25,320 nt of DNA from a virus (lineage: Duplodnaviria; Caudoviricetes): the IMG/VR virus record IMGVR_UViG_3300020374_000851, positions 1-25,320 of that record; one strand, written 5' to 3'. The notes under the pieces are model-generated. The model was not told the DNA's origin. It was given only the letters and a program-made list of their open reading frames with translations, and did not search any database. Positions 1 to 9,127 of the stretch are shown here, piece after piece. Every line of letters starts with the position of its first letter. Position 1 is the first letter of the stretch. The position numbers were made by a program, and so were the translations under genes.

Positions 1-1098
1 AAAGAAAAATTTTCAAAGAGAGTACAGAACATCTACATTGTAGAGATGATCATATTGGCCACTTGTGCCTTTGCAATCAATCTACTTGCAGGATCTAAAA
101 CTCTTGAAGTGCTAACAGGCATACCATTCACGTACACTGCAATTGCTATGGCGGCGATTGCTTTGCTATATTCATTTAGAACAGGTCTAAAAGCAACTGT
201 CATAACAGAAATGTTCAAGATAATTGTTGTATGGACAGGTGTCATTCTAATTGTACCAGCAGTGATCTACATTGCAGGCGGTTGGGAAACTGTGCAAGCA
301 GGACTAGGTGGTATGAGAGGTGACGGTGCCAGTATCATTGGAACTGAACGTGCCTGGGTAGTATTTGCCACATTTGGTGCGGCGGCATTCCTTGGACACT
401 TAGGTGGACCATGGGGTGACAATTCATTCTATCAAAGAGCATTTGCAATACAAAAGAAGTCTGTTTTTAAATCATTTGTGATTGCGGCCTTTATATTTGG
501 TATTATTCCTATCATGATGGGACTGCTTGGTTATATAGGAGCAGGATCAGGTATGGAGATACCAGGCAATATGGTTGGAACAACTAATGCCATTGTGATT
601 GCAAACTTCTTACCAGCATGGGCAAGTTTGTTCTTTGTGTTTTTAGTGTTTGCAGGACTAGTTGCTATATTAGACTCGCAGTTTAGTTCTATTGCAAACA
701 TGACTGGACATGACATCTACAACAAATACAAGAAGAAAGTTGATGACAAGACTGTGATCAAATATGCTAGGGTTGGTATGGTAGTACTGGCAATAGCTGG
801 ATTTTTAATTACACAGATTCCAGGCATTACACTTTTATACATATTCTTATTCTTTGCAACACTTAGAGCCGCTGTATGGCTGCCAAGTTTAATTGCTATT
901 GTTAAACCTAAATTATTATCTGAACAAGGAATGTTCTATGGAATGGGTACAGCTATCATAATTGGTGTGCCTATGTTTGTATACGGCAAATTGGCTAAAT
1001 CTTTACCTTATACATTATCAGGAACACTAGTTGCAATCTTTGGTTCAGTTGTGTTAGTATTAGCAATCAGCAAATGGAACAAGAAACAAATATCATAA
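1..1098 (+). CDS. Sodium:solute symporter (SSS) family membrane transporter, 5'-truncated by the window edge
   Basis: The frame is open from base 1 (KEKFSKRVQNIYIVEM...). It has many hydrophobic TM segments and SSS-like motifs: YS..TGLKATVITE..K, W.DNSFYQRAFA, AILDSQFSSIANMTGHDIY. Confidence 0.85.
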   Translation, partial: KEKFSKRVQNIYIVEMIILATCAFAINLLAGSKTLEVLTGIPFTYTAIAMAAIALLYSFRTGLKATVITEMFKIIVVWTGVILIVPAVIYIAGGWETVQAGLGGMRGDGASIIGTERAWVVFATFGAAAFLGHLGGPWGDNSFYQRAFAIQKKSVFKSFVIAAFIFGIIPIMMGLLGYIGAGSGMEIPGNMVGTTNAIVIANFLPAWASLFFVFLVFAGLVAILDSQFSSIANMTGHDIYNKYKKKVDDKTVIKYARVGMVVLAIAGFLITQIPGITLLYIFLFFATLRAAVWLPSLIAIVKPKLLSEQGMFYGMGTAIIIGVPMFVYGKLAKSLPYTLSGTLVAIFGSVVLVLAISKWNKKQIS

Positions 1099-1715
1099 AA
1101 CCTAAATTATTGATCGTTACCGGGCCGCAAGGCTCCGGTAACCATCTCTTTGCAAAACTACTTTCATTGCATCCAGCCGTGATAGGATGGCCAATGTTAA
1201 AGGACGAATGGCAAGGACATCACCAAGAGCCATTCGCCGATGCATGGAACAATCCTCAACTACTAAAAGATAGAACATGGAGCAAGGACATGGTGTATAT
1301 GACTTCAATTAGTTGTCCTTATATCAAAGGCAACAAACCACATACGCCTAAGTATCAAGAATTTATTACAGAAGCCAAAAAATATTGTGATGTTGCTATT
1401 GCAATTATTGGCAGAGACAGAAACATTTTAGAAACACAACAGAATAGACTACGTGGTGGCCACACAACACCACTAGCCATTGAACAGTTTGAACAATTGC
1501 ATAGCATGGCGCCTGTGCATTATGTATCACAGGAATTATTCTTTCTGTATGGCGCAGATTATATCAAATCAATTGGCAAACAAATGAACTTTCCAATACT
1601 TTGTCCTACAGATGTTTACAGAGATTACTTGAGAACAGATACAAATAAGAAATATATTCAACCAGCAGAGGGCAAGTTTGACAAAGAAGTAAGACAAGCC
1701 TGTGCAGAATCATGA
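1074..1715 (+). CDS. Sulfotransferase-like / degenerate P-loop fold protein
   Basis: N-terminal LLIVTGPQGSGNHLFAKLLSLHP resembles the sulfotransferase 5'-PSB loop (GxxRSGTT..ll..Hp), and IIGRD resembles the 3'-PB motif. Overlaps the upstream transporter. Confidence 0.55.
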   Translation: MEQETNIIKPKLLIVTGPQGSGNHLFAKLLSLHPAVIGWPMLKDEWQGHHQEPFADAWNNPQLLKDRTWSKDMVYMTSISCPYIKGNKPHTPKYQEFITEAKKYCDVAIAIIGRDRNILETQQNRLRGGHTTPLAIEQFEQLHSMAPVHYVSQELFFLYGADYIKSIGKQMNFPILCPTDVYRDYLRTDTNKKYIQPAEGKFDKEVRQACAES

Positions 1716-2359
1716 TCTCAAATTGGCAAGAAGCAAAAGCCAGAAGCACATATCATTTTAACAAATGGCATAAAGACACTGACATTGTTCAACATCTAGG
1801 AAAGTTTACAGGTGGATGGCAAACTGAAGTTCAGGCAGTAATCAATGATGCCAAGCCATTGAACTGGAGCAACCGTAGACAAGGCACAGGCAGACCCGAT
1901 GGTGATGTGGAGGCAGAAGAACATGACTTACGAGAAGCAGGTGCAGACCCTAAGATGACCATTTACCGAGGTTTGAAAGACTTTACAAAATGTCCTACCT
2001 TACAAAAAATGACAGACTACTTTGCTCTTGAACCTGTAAAATCTAAATTACATATACAGTTTACAGGAGAGGTGTTAAACATGCACATTGATAAACTATA
2101 TGATTTGGATGCAGATCCAAACAACGTGATCAGAATAATGGTCATGTTGCAGGATTGGGAACCAGGACAGTTCTTGATATACGGCAACCAACAGTTTGAT
2201 AGGTGGCGGGCAGGAGACATACACAAATTTGATTGGCCCAACATACCTCATGCAACAGCGAACGCCAGCAACAAACCTCGACCCATGTTGGTTGTGACAG
2301 GTGTCAAAAGCAAGACTACTAATAAAATATTAACAAAGGAAATAAAAAAGAGGATATGA
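1712..2359 (+). CDS. 2OG-Fe(II) oxygenase / aspartyl beta-hydroxylase-like cupin
   Basis: HxD (MHID) plus distal His (IPHATANAS..PRPML.VTG) and W.AGD, the usual facial-triad pattern. ATGA coupling to both neighbours. Confidence 0.75.
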   Translation: MISNWQEAKARSTYHFNKWHKDTDIVQHLGKFTGGWQTEVQAVINDAKPLNWSNRRQGTGRPDGDVEAEEHDLREAGADPKMTIYRGLKDFTKCPTLQKMTDYFALEPVKSKLHIQFTGEVLNMHIDKLYDLDADPNNVIRIMVMLQDWEPGQFLIYGNQQFDRWRAGDIHKFDWPNIPHATANASNKPRPMLVVTGVKSKTTNKILTKEIKKRI

Positions 2360-2910
2360 ATACAGTGGAAACAGAATACTTTAAAAACAATTGGAAGCCT
2401 GACTATGACAAGTTTGAATATTCGGGTTGGAAATTGTTACAACAATTTAGGCATAAGGACAAAATACTTGATATTGGTTGTGGTTACAATTTGTTTAAAG
2501 AACGATTGGGTGATAGATTGTATGGCATTGATCCAGCTATCGCAGAAGCTGACGAAATAGTAAGTTGGGAAGACTATGTGCCTAAACAAGAGTTCAATGT
2601 ATATTTGGCATTAGGCAGTTTAAATTTTGGAACTGAAGAAGAAGTAGAAGCACAGATCAAAAAACTAGCAGATGTTTGCAAAAAAGGTGACAGAATATAC
2701 TGGCGACAAAATCCAGGCACAGGAGATCACCCGTGGAAAGGTGTTGAACAGGTAAGATTCTATCCATGGACAATTGAAAAAAACTATGAATGGGCAGACA
2801 AGTATGGTTTTTGGGTGCGTGAATGTAGGGAAGATACTGGCAACAGGATTTATGCAGAATGGTTTAAGGGCAATGAACTGGAATACTACGCTTTTAAAGT
2901 ATCAGATTAA
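2356..2910 (+). CDS. Class I SAM-dependent methyltransferase
   Basis: Motif I ILDIGCG, motif II YGIDP, then ALGSLNF. Confidence 0.75.
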   Translation: MNTVETEYFKNNWKPDYDKFEYSGWKLLQQFRHKDKILDIGCGYNLFKERLGDRLYGIDPAIAEADEIVSWEDYVPKQEFNVYLALGSLNFGTEEEVEAQIKKLADVCKKGDRIYWRQNPGTGDHPWKGVEQVRFYPWTIEKNYEWADKYGFWVRECREDTGNRIYAEWFKGNELEYYAFKVSD

Positions 2911-2922
2911 GCATTAACGACG

Positions 2923-2950
2923 TTGATTTATATAAGACTTATGTTATAAT
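2923..2950 (+). promoter_or_regulatory. Sigma70-type promoter (TTGATT-16-TATAAT, extended -10 TG)
   Basis: TTGATT 2923-2928 and TGtTATAAT 2942-2950 in the intergenic gap. Confidence 0.55.
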
Positions 2951-2956
2951 AAAGTG

Positions 2957-2962
2957 TAAATA
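2957..2962 (+). promoter_or_regulatory. TAAATA late-promoter-like box, 6 nt before ATG 2969
   Basis: Same motif and spacing recur before many genes in the window. Confidence 0.65.
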
Positions 2963-2968
2963 GTTAAA

Positions 2969-3265
2969 ATGCAAAAACACACTAAAAGTATATTAGAAGA
3001 ATTAACCAATGTGTCTTATAAAAAAGACAAAGAAAATGTGGTTGAAAGTCGGGCTTCTCACATATTAGAGAGTGCGATTAGATTAATGCAATATATTAAA
3101 GAGAACTTCGAGCCTGAAACTGCATACAAATTAGAAAAAAAATTTCATAGTGCAATAAAGAATATGGATGCTTCTAGATTTTCTAAAGGTGTTGCAAGAA
3201 TCAAAGAAAATAAAGAAGTAAAACAAACTTTAAAAACTATTACTGGCGAATATAAAGAGGACTAA
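2969..3265 (+). CDS. Phage hypothetical helical protein
   Basis: Clean 98-aa ORF behind a TAAATA box, no recognisable enzyme motif. Confidence 0.7.
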   Translation: MQKHTKSILEELTNVSYKKDKENVVESRASHILESAIRLMQYIKENFEPETAYKLEKKFHSAIKNMDASRFSKGVARIKENKEVKQTLKTITGEYKED

Positions 3266-3267
3266 CA

Positions 3268-4488
3268 ATGTTGATAGAAGATGTCCTTACAGAATTCAAA
3301 AGGACTCACCTTGAACATATTGAAGATATTATTATCACAGACGGTTTTGAAGGTGGAAAAGCAGTTGTAGAATATTTTCGAGGATTGCTACTTACATTGA
3401 AAGGAACCAGCTCTGAAGCAATTCAAGTGTCTGTCAAATGGGATGGTGCACCTGCTGTGGTGTGTGGAATCAATCCTGACAACGATAAGTTCTTTGTTGG
3501 TACAAAGTCAGTATTTGCTAAAAATGCCAAAGTCAACTATACTAAGAAAGATATAGCTGCCAATCACGGCACAGATACGCTAGGACAAAAACTATTAAAA
3601 TGCCTTGTGCATCTAAAAAAACTAAACATGCAAGGAGTTTTTCAAGGAGATCTTTTATTCACCGACGAAGACATTACAAGGAAAAACATTGACGGCAAGC
3701 CACATTTAACTTTTACACCAAACACAATCACATACGCTGTTCCTGAACAAAGCGAATTAGCAAATAAAATTGATACAGCAAAGGTTGGAATAATTTTCCA
3801 TACAACCTATAATGGAGAAAACTTAGCAGACATGACAGCATCTGGTGGAGCAGATATTACAAATTTCAGTCAAAGCAATGACGTTTTCTTTGACAACGCT
3901 TCCTATAAAGATGTTAGTGGTAGTGCCAAATTCACTGATGATGAAACAAAAATGTTTCTTAATGAACTAGATAAACTAGAGTCATTGCTTACAAATGTGC
4001 CAAGAAATATTTCAAACTTGTTTGGTGCTAATCAAGACTTTGTACCTTTTTTTCAAATGTATATCAATGCTATGGTTAAAGAAGGCACACTGCCAACTAA
4101 CAGTAATCAGTTTATGCAAGGCTTTCAAAAATTTTATATTGATAGAATGCAACAACAAATCTCAGGACTTAAAGCACAAAAGGCATTGGCATTAAGACAA
4201 GATAAAATTAAACAGATGCCACAGTTTCTTAATAAATTGAAAGCACCGTTACAAAGGATGTTGTCTTTTTACAAACAAGTGCAAAAAATGAAAGCAATGA
4301 TTCTTAAAAAAATGAATCAAGCAATGGCAATAGGATCATTCGCACAGACAGAAAATGGATTGGTGGTTACAGATCCTGAAGGCTTTGTCGCTGTAGATAA
4401 AACAGGAAATGCTGTTAAACTTGTTGATAGATTAGGATTCTCAAGGCGTAATTTGACTGCTGTCAGCAAATTCAAGAAAAACATTTAA
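3268..4488 (+). CDS. DUF6267-like phage protein with ATP-dependent ligase/nucleotidyltransferase motifs
   Basis: HLEHIED; motif I SVKWDGAP (KxDG); QGDLLF; motif IV EGFV; motif V VKLVDR. SD GAGG upstream. Confidence 0.65.
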   Translation: MLIEDVLTEFKRTHLEHIEDIIITDGFEGGKAVVEYFRGLLLTLKGTSSEAIQVSVKWDGAPAVVCGINPDNDKFFVGTKSVFAKNAKVNYTKKDIAANHGTDTLGQKLLKCLVHLKKLNMQGVFQGDLLFTDEDITRKNIDGKPHLTFTPNTITYAVPEQSELANKIDTAKVGIIFHTTYNGENLADMTASGGADITNFSQSNDVFFDNASYKDVSGSAKFTDDETKMFLNELDKLESLLTNVPRNISNLFGANQDFVPFFQMYINAMVKEGTLPTNSNQFMQGFQKFYIDRMQQQISGLKAQKALALRQDKIKQMPQFLNKLKAPLQRMLSFYKQVQKMKAMILKKMNQAMAIGSFAQTENGLVVTDPEGFVAVDKTGNAVKLVDRLGFSRRNLTAVSKFKKNI

Positions 4489-5484
4489 AGTTTCGTTTAC
4501 CTGCTTACTAAGCTGTTCAGAATCAAAAAATAAATCTTTGTTATGTTTTCTTAATGCTTTAGTCTGCAAATACATATCTCTCCAATCAAAATTTTTTAGA
4601 TCCTTACATAGTTGTACAATTTTCTCAATACGTTTGTTTCTGTCAATTTCTAAATCATAACTTTCGTTGAAGTAATTTGAAAATGTTTTAAAACCAAGTT
4701 CTTTTAATTTTTGCAGATACAAATAATTGCCATGAACTATAAAAATTTGTTCAGCAATAATTGGTTTCCATATTTTTTCAGTCATAAACACATCTGTTGA
4801 GTTGTCATTTGTTTCACTTATAAGACTAAATTTAGTATCGTTATAAGGCTTTTCATAAATGTCTTGGTCAAGTCCTCGGAATGGATATTGATTTACTCCT
4901 GGTAATTCATAATCTTTACGCAAAGATGTTTTATCATATTGGTGGAAACAAAATAAACTTTGATCTAACACATTATCTTTATGTAAATTTTTATATAATT
5001 TTAATCTATGTTCTCTTTTACATTTGTTTAGATATAGAAAATCAAAGTTTTTAAGGGTATGGTTAAAATTGTATTTTACATCCTTATGTTTTTGATACAT
5101 ATAAAACCAAAACCAGCTGACTCCACCTGTCCATTTAATGTGAGGCAAGTCTATATCTGGATAAATTGTTGTCAGTTCTATATTCTCTAATGATTCCCAT
5201 GGATTTGCTTTAACAAAAACAAAGCCTTGACTATGCAAAAGCTTACAACGTTTTGTTAGTTCTTGTGCAAAATCTGGATTATCTTTTATTCTAATATTCC
5301 CTGCTCTGCAATCCAAAATTGCAAATTTACGGTCGTATGAATCTAAATTGTACTGATGTAAAGTATAATATTCACCGGTAATATCAAATTTTTGTTTTTG
5401 TAAACTATGCATGTTTATAAACTGTTCAAGGTCAACATGATTACCAGTTTTCATGACATCGGTTAATATAAAGTTATGTTGCAT
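4441..5484 (-). CDS. GT10 (fucosyltransferase)-like putative glycosyltransferase, paralog A
   Basis: C-terminal FSLISET..VFMTEKIWKPI..FIVHG..YLQKLKELGFKTF..FNESYD is shared with 14377 and 16317. The E...TEK segment resembles the GT10 motif. Confidence 0.55.
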   Translation of the reverse strand: MQHNFILTDVMKTGNHVDLEQFINMHSLQKQKFDITGEYYTLHQYNLDSYDRKFAILDCRAGNIRIKDNPDFAQELTKRCKLLHSQGFVFVKANPWESLENIELTTIYPDIDLPHIKWTGGVSWFWFYMYQKHKDVKYNFNHTLKNFDFLYLNKCKREHRLKLYKNLHKDNVLDQSLFCFHQYDKTSLRKDYELPGVNQYPFRGLDQDIYEKPYNDTKFSLISETNDNSTDVFMTEKIWKPIIAEQIFIVHGNYLYLQKLKELGFKTFSNYFNESYDLEIDRNKRIEKIVQLCKDLKNFDWRDMYLQTKALRKHNKDLFFDSEQLSKQVNETLNVFLEFADSSQITP

Positions 5485-5490
5485 TAGTAC

Positions 5491-5498
5491 TATAAATA
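5491..5498 (+). promoter_or_regulatory. TATAAATA T4-type late promoter
   Basis: Exact T4 gp55 consensus, 5 nt before ATG 5504. Confidence 0.7.
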
Positions 5499-5503
5499 TG
5501 TGT

Positions 5504-6349
5504 ATGTTAACACCTTTTTTACAGTATGTATCCGAAGGACGTGTCGTTAGACGACAAAGCGACCTAGGTAGATATACCTTTCAAGAGATCACTGAAAGAA
5601 TATATTTGTCGTTTTTGGCACTTACGCTTCTTAGGAGTTTTGATCAAACAGTTGGATTTGTTAATGCATATGCTACGGCCACACTTTCATATGGTAGCTT
5701 TGACAGAGTAAGAACAACCTCAAACGATCTTCATAATATGCTTGCTGTTGTAGCAGGCGATCCTTCCATCTCACAAAAACTAGCAAACAAGAATGCGGCA
5801 ATGGCACAAAGACAACGTCAAAGTGTTCCGGTGCTTGCAATCAGAAGATATCTAAAGGACTTTAAAAATGCCTTTTCTTTTCTATCAAAACTAGAAAGTG
5901 CTTTAGGAATCACAAATGGTGATTATAGAAATCTTAGAAGAGCAATTTCTGACTATGCTAGATTAGATACTAAAAGAAAAAAAGCAACCACAACTAGATT
6001 ACTTCAGGCTCTGAAGGCAAAACTAGGTGGTACAGACATACAGCGAAAAGCACAAGAGTTTGCAGACAAACAAAAATTAGAATTAGACAATGTCATAGAT
6101 GCAGAAAGAACTGTACCTGGCGTGTCGATGAGCTCAGATGAATTAAGTGCATATAGGCTTTTAGTTGGATCTAACAATGTAAGGCGAGCAAAGGTTGCCG
6201 CTGACATGATAAGACAAGGTAAAGCTGTACCAGCACCAATACTACAAGCCTATGCACCGGTTGTCAAAATGATTGATGACATTGCTAAAGGAGGATATAG
6301 TTTTGTAAGACTACTACAATCAATACATGACCGAGCAAAGAAAAAATAA
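5504..6349 (+). CDS. Phage hypothetical, basic helical protein (start revised to 5504, MLTPFLQYVSE...)
   Basis: The track start 5453 overlaps the divergent gene. ATG 5504 fits TAAATA-N5-ATG. Confidence 0.7.
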   Translation: MLTPFLQYVSEGRVVRRQSDLGRYTFQEITERIYLSFLALTLLRSFDQTVGFVNAYATATLSYGSFDRVRTTSNDLHNMLAVVAGDPSISQKLANKNAAMAQRQRQSVPVLAIRRYLKDFKNAFSFLSKLESALGITNGDYRNLRRAISDYARLDTKRKKATTTRLLQALKAKLGGTDIQRKAQEFADKQKLELDNVIDAERTVPGVSMSSDELSAYRLLVGSNNVRRAKVAADMIRQGKAVPAPILQAYAPVVKMIDDIAKGGYSFVRLLQSIHDRAKKK

Positions 6350-6455
6350 GTGTTTAAGATGTGGCTGTGATCCACACTGTAAAAAAGATCCTTGTACAAA
6401 CTGTGATCTTTGCAATACCTGTGATTGTTCTAAATGTTTGCAGAAATCTCAGTAG
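6327..6455 (+). CDS. Small Cys-rich metallothionein-like protein (42 aa, 10 Cys)
   Basis: Manual translation MTEQRKNKCLRCGCDPHCKKDPCTNCDLCNTCDCSKCLQKSQ*. It fills the gap between two + strand genes. Confidence 0.65.
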   Translation: MTEQRKNKCLRCGCDPHCKKDPCTNCDLCNTCDCSKCLQKSQ

Positions 6456-6476
6456 ACTCACTGATTAAATATTAAT

Positions 6477-6854
6477 ATGCCTATTACACCTAACAATTTT
6501 AAAGTCACTGATGCAATTGGAGAAACAGACAATTTTGCAGGTGCTGACGTACAGTTTTTTCATATCACTTTAATTGGTAATGATTCATCAGCAGTTGATT
6601 TAAGAACTGAATTAGGCTTTGATGAAACAATGCACAACATCACAAGAACTATTTTACAACGTGGTACGATCATATATCAAAGGATTGACAATGCGGCTAC
6701 AGGTAGAATAGACGTCACTATGGAACGTTCTGGTTGGACAGCAGACACATTAGAAACAGCGATTAGAGCCATGGGCACCACCGTTGGAGTAAACAATAAA
6801 GACGTTTCTGAATCACATGTAGTTGAAACAGGCCTAAAACTGGATAATTCATAA
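6477..6854 (+). CDS. Putative small virion structural protein (paralog family 1/4)
   Basis: TAAATA (6466-6471)-N5-ATG. Acidic and Thr-rich, with motif TLETAIRAMGT shared with 7653 and 8112. Confidence 0.6.
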   Translation: MPITPNNFKVTDAIGETDNFAGADVQFFHITLIGNDSSAVDLRTELGFDETMHNITRTILQRGTIIYQRIDNAATGRIDVTMERSGWTADTLETAIRAMGTTVGVNNKDVSESHVVETGLKLDNS

Positions 6855-6858
6855 TATC

Positions 6859-7560
6859 ATGCGACAAACTATTTGGCAAGACAAATGGATTAGTCTATAT
6901 AATCCAGAGCATGAACACACAAATATATTTTACGCTAGTGTGAAAGGAGTCAAAGGAGAACAGGTCGTAGATCATGGTCCAAAAAATATACATAGGATAT
7001 TATACGAGGAGTCTTTAAGATATATTACCAAGAAAATAAATGCTGTGGATGTTGGTTGCAGAGATGGCGAGTTTACTAGATATCTTCAATGGAGTTTTAA
7101 TCACGTGTATTGCTTTGACTATCGTGCAAGAAAACAATTTCCAATGAACATTGATTTAACTAAAAACAAGGTTTCTCATTACACCTATGCTTTGGGAGAT
7201 TCTATAACACGTGAGTATGCCAGTGGCCGTGGAAACTTTAGAAGCCGCACAGTCGATCCTAGATGGCCAAAAAAGAAAACAAAAATTTACACATTAGATT
7301 ATTTTAATCTAGTGGATATCAATCTGATTAAGATTGATGTTGATGGCATGGATGAAGAAGTGATTAAAGGTGCTGTTAATACAATTGAGAAATATAAGCC
7401 TATAATTATAATTGAAGAGCTAGAGTCTGATAACGGTACTCCAAATCACAATGGAGTTGAATTAATTAAAACATTTGGATATAAAGTAGCATATCTACAT
7501 AAAAGCCCTGGTTTAATCCACAAAGACTACATTATGGTGCCAAAAAACATTATAATATAG
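6859..7560 (+). CDS. FkbM-family methyltransferase
   Basis: AVDVGCRDG, TLD, and LIKIDVDGMDEEVIKGA..TI.KYKPIIIIE. Confidence 0.8.
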   Translation: MRQTIWQDKWISLYNPEHEHTNIFYASVKGVKGEQVVDHGPKNIHRILYEESLRYITKKINAVDVGCRDGEFTRYLQWSFNHVYCFDYRARKQFPMNIDLTKNKVSHYTYALGDSITREYASGRGNFRSRTVDPRWPKKKTKIYTLDYFNLVDINLIKIDVDGMDEEVIKGAVNTIEKYKPIIIIEELESDNGTPNHNGVELIKTFGYKVAYLHKSPGLIHKDYIMVPKNIII

Positions 7561-7582
7561 CATAATTTACCAACCTTTACCA

Positions 7583-7646
7583 TAAATATAAACAAATGTC
7601 TTCGGAGCGAGGACATTGTCATAATATCAGAGAAAAAAAAGGAGGA
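7583..7646 (+). promoter_or_regulatory. Late promoter TAAATA, 5' leader hairpin (7595-7617) and strong SD GGAGG
   Basis: AATGTCTTCG-GAG-CGAGGACATT forms a 10-bp stem just after the expected TSS. GGAGGA at 7641-7646. Confidence 0.65.
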
Positions 7647-7652
7647 TATAAT

Positions 7653-8093
7653 ATGGCATATACAGGAAGCAGTGTTGCTGGTGGAGAAGGTAACACAACT
7701 CACGTAGTCACAGATGAAACTTTTTTAGGAAAACCTTTAGAGTTTGTTATTGTAGATATGATCAGTGCAGTTAACGCTAAAACTGCAAAAGATTCTACAA
7801 GAGATCTAGTGCAAAAAACAATCGGTACTTACGCTAATATAGTTGGCGCAGGTGCATTGATTAACTCCAATACTGAACAAAACTTTATCGTTGAGCAAGC
7901 AGATTCATTTGTTGGATCTCCTGCAACTTCAGGTACAGGTGCGTTCACATTAACAACAACAACTGATGGTTCTTCTGTTGGCACATTACAAACTGCAATC
8001 AGAGCTTTAGGAACTGTAGACTCAGTTAACTTATCTACTGCTACTGCAACGGCTACTAAATTAGGTGTTGCTTTAGGTAACGTAGTATCATAA
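7653..8093 (+). CDS. Putative abundant virion protein (paralog family 2/4; start revised to MAYTGSS)
   Basis: SD GGAGG precedes ATG 7653. Ala/Thr/Gly/Ser-rich, with motif TLQTAIRALGTV. Confidence 0.7.
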   Translation: MAYTGSSVAGGEGNTTHVVTDETFLGKPLEFVIVDMISAVNAKTAKDSTRDLVQKTIGTYANIVGAGALINSNTEQNFIVEQADSFVGSPATSGTGAFTLTTTTDGSSVGTLQTAIRALGTVDSVNLSTATATATKLGVALGNVVS

Positions 8094-8111
8094 TCATAAG
8101 GAGAATTAATT

Positions 8112-8531
8112 ATGGCATACGACGGAACAATATCAGCAGGTGGACCAGGAAACTTTCAATCACCTAACCTTGCACATGAAGGTGAGGGTTGCAGAGTTGA
8201 CTTTATAACTGTGGATTACATCAACGGAATGAATGCGGAAGTTACGCATTCAACTGCATCAGCGGCAACCGCTGGACTTAAACTATCTATGGAAGCTATC
8301 CAAAACCAAGGTGTTAACATCTTAGGTCACGGTACTCTAGGTAACTCAAACACAGAGCATACTTACATGGTTAGAGCGGATGCTTTAGATACAATCAGTG
8401 GCACTACAACAGTAGCGGCTATACAAGCGGCAATCAGAGCACTCGATGCCTTGACTCCAGACAAAGTTACAGCAGATATTAGTTCTGCAACAGCGGCTGA
8501 CAGAGACATGAGTGATACTCAGGTAGCATAA
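8112..8531 (+). CDS. Putative abundant virion protein (paralog family 3/4)
   Basis: SD AAGGAG. MAY start as in 7653, VDFITVD resembles LEFVIVD, and AIQAAIRALD motif. Confidence 0.7.
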   Translation: MAYDGTISAGGPGNFQSPNLAHEGEGCRVDFITVDYINGMNAEVTHSTASAATAGLKLSMEAIQNQGVNILGHGTLGNSNTEHTYMVRADALDTISGTTTVAAIQAAIRALDALTPDKVTADISSATAADRDMSDTQVA

Positions 8532-8554
8532 TAGGTTAATATAGGAGAAAACAA

Positions 8555-9097
8555 ATGCCCATTACAAGTAACGCAACAACAAACATGTCAAGAAGACAGG
8601 CATTCAATGGTAAAGGTCTTACTTTTATCGAGTGTATCTTCAATGACGGTATAACTTCAACAGCAAGCACTCCAGACACTAAAGACTCTACTTTTCAAAA
8701 AGTAAGAGACGCAGTGTTAAACACTGGAACTTTACTTGCTCAGTCATACAGACTAGCGGCAAAAGCAACAGATGATGATGCATCAGAAGTTGCACAAGTA
8801 ACTGCTAACGACTCTATTGATTCTTATCAATTCATAGTTGAAGGAACACCAGGTCAATTTAACGACGCAGACTCAGCTGGTGACATTAATTTAGATCCAG
8901 ACCAAGCGGCAGCAAGTGATCCAGGAGTGATCGCGGCGGCTGAAGCTGACATCGAAACAGACATTCTAGCTAGAATAGACGTTGGAGATTCAGCAGGTGC
9001 AGTTCAAGTTAAAGTTAGATTCCTTCCAGCAGACGGTGTAACATCAGCAGGTGTTAACGCTGTATTTGGAATGTTTGACCAAAGAGGTGATGCATAA
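8555..9097 (+). CDS. Putative virion protein, very acidic (divergent family member 4/4)
   Basis: SD AGGAG. MPIT start as in 6477, GKGLTFIE resembles GKPLEFVI, and FIVE is shared with 7653. Confidence 0.6.
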   Translation: MPITSNATTNMSRRQAFNGKGLTFIECIFNDGITSTASTPDTKDSTFQKVRDAVLNTGTLLAQSYRLAAKATDDDASEVAQVTANDSIDSYQFIVEGTPGQFNDADSAGDINLDPDQAAASDPGVIAAAEADIETDILARIDVGDSAGAVQVKVRFLPADGVTSAGVNAVFGMFDQRGDA

Positions 9098-9127
9098 TAT
9101 TTTATAATATTAGCATCTAATATTACC

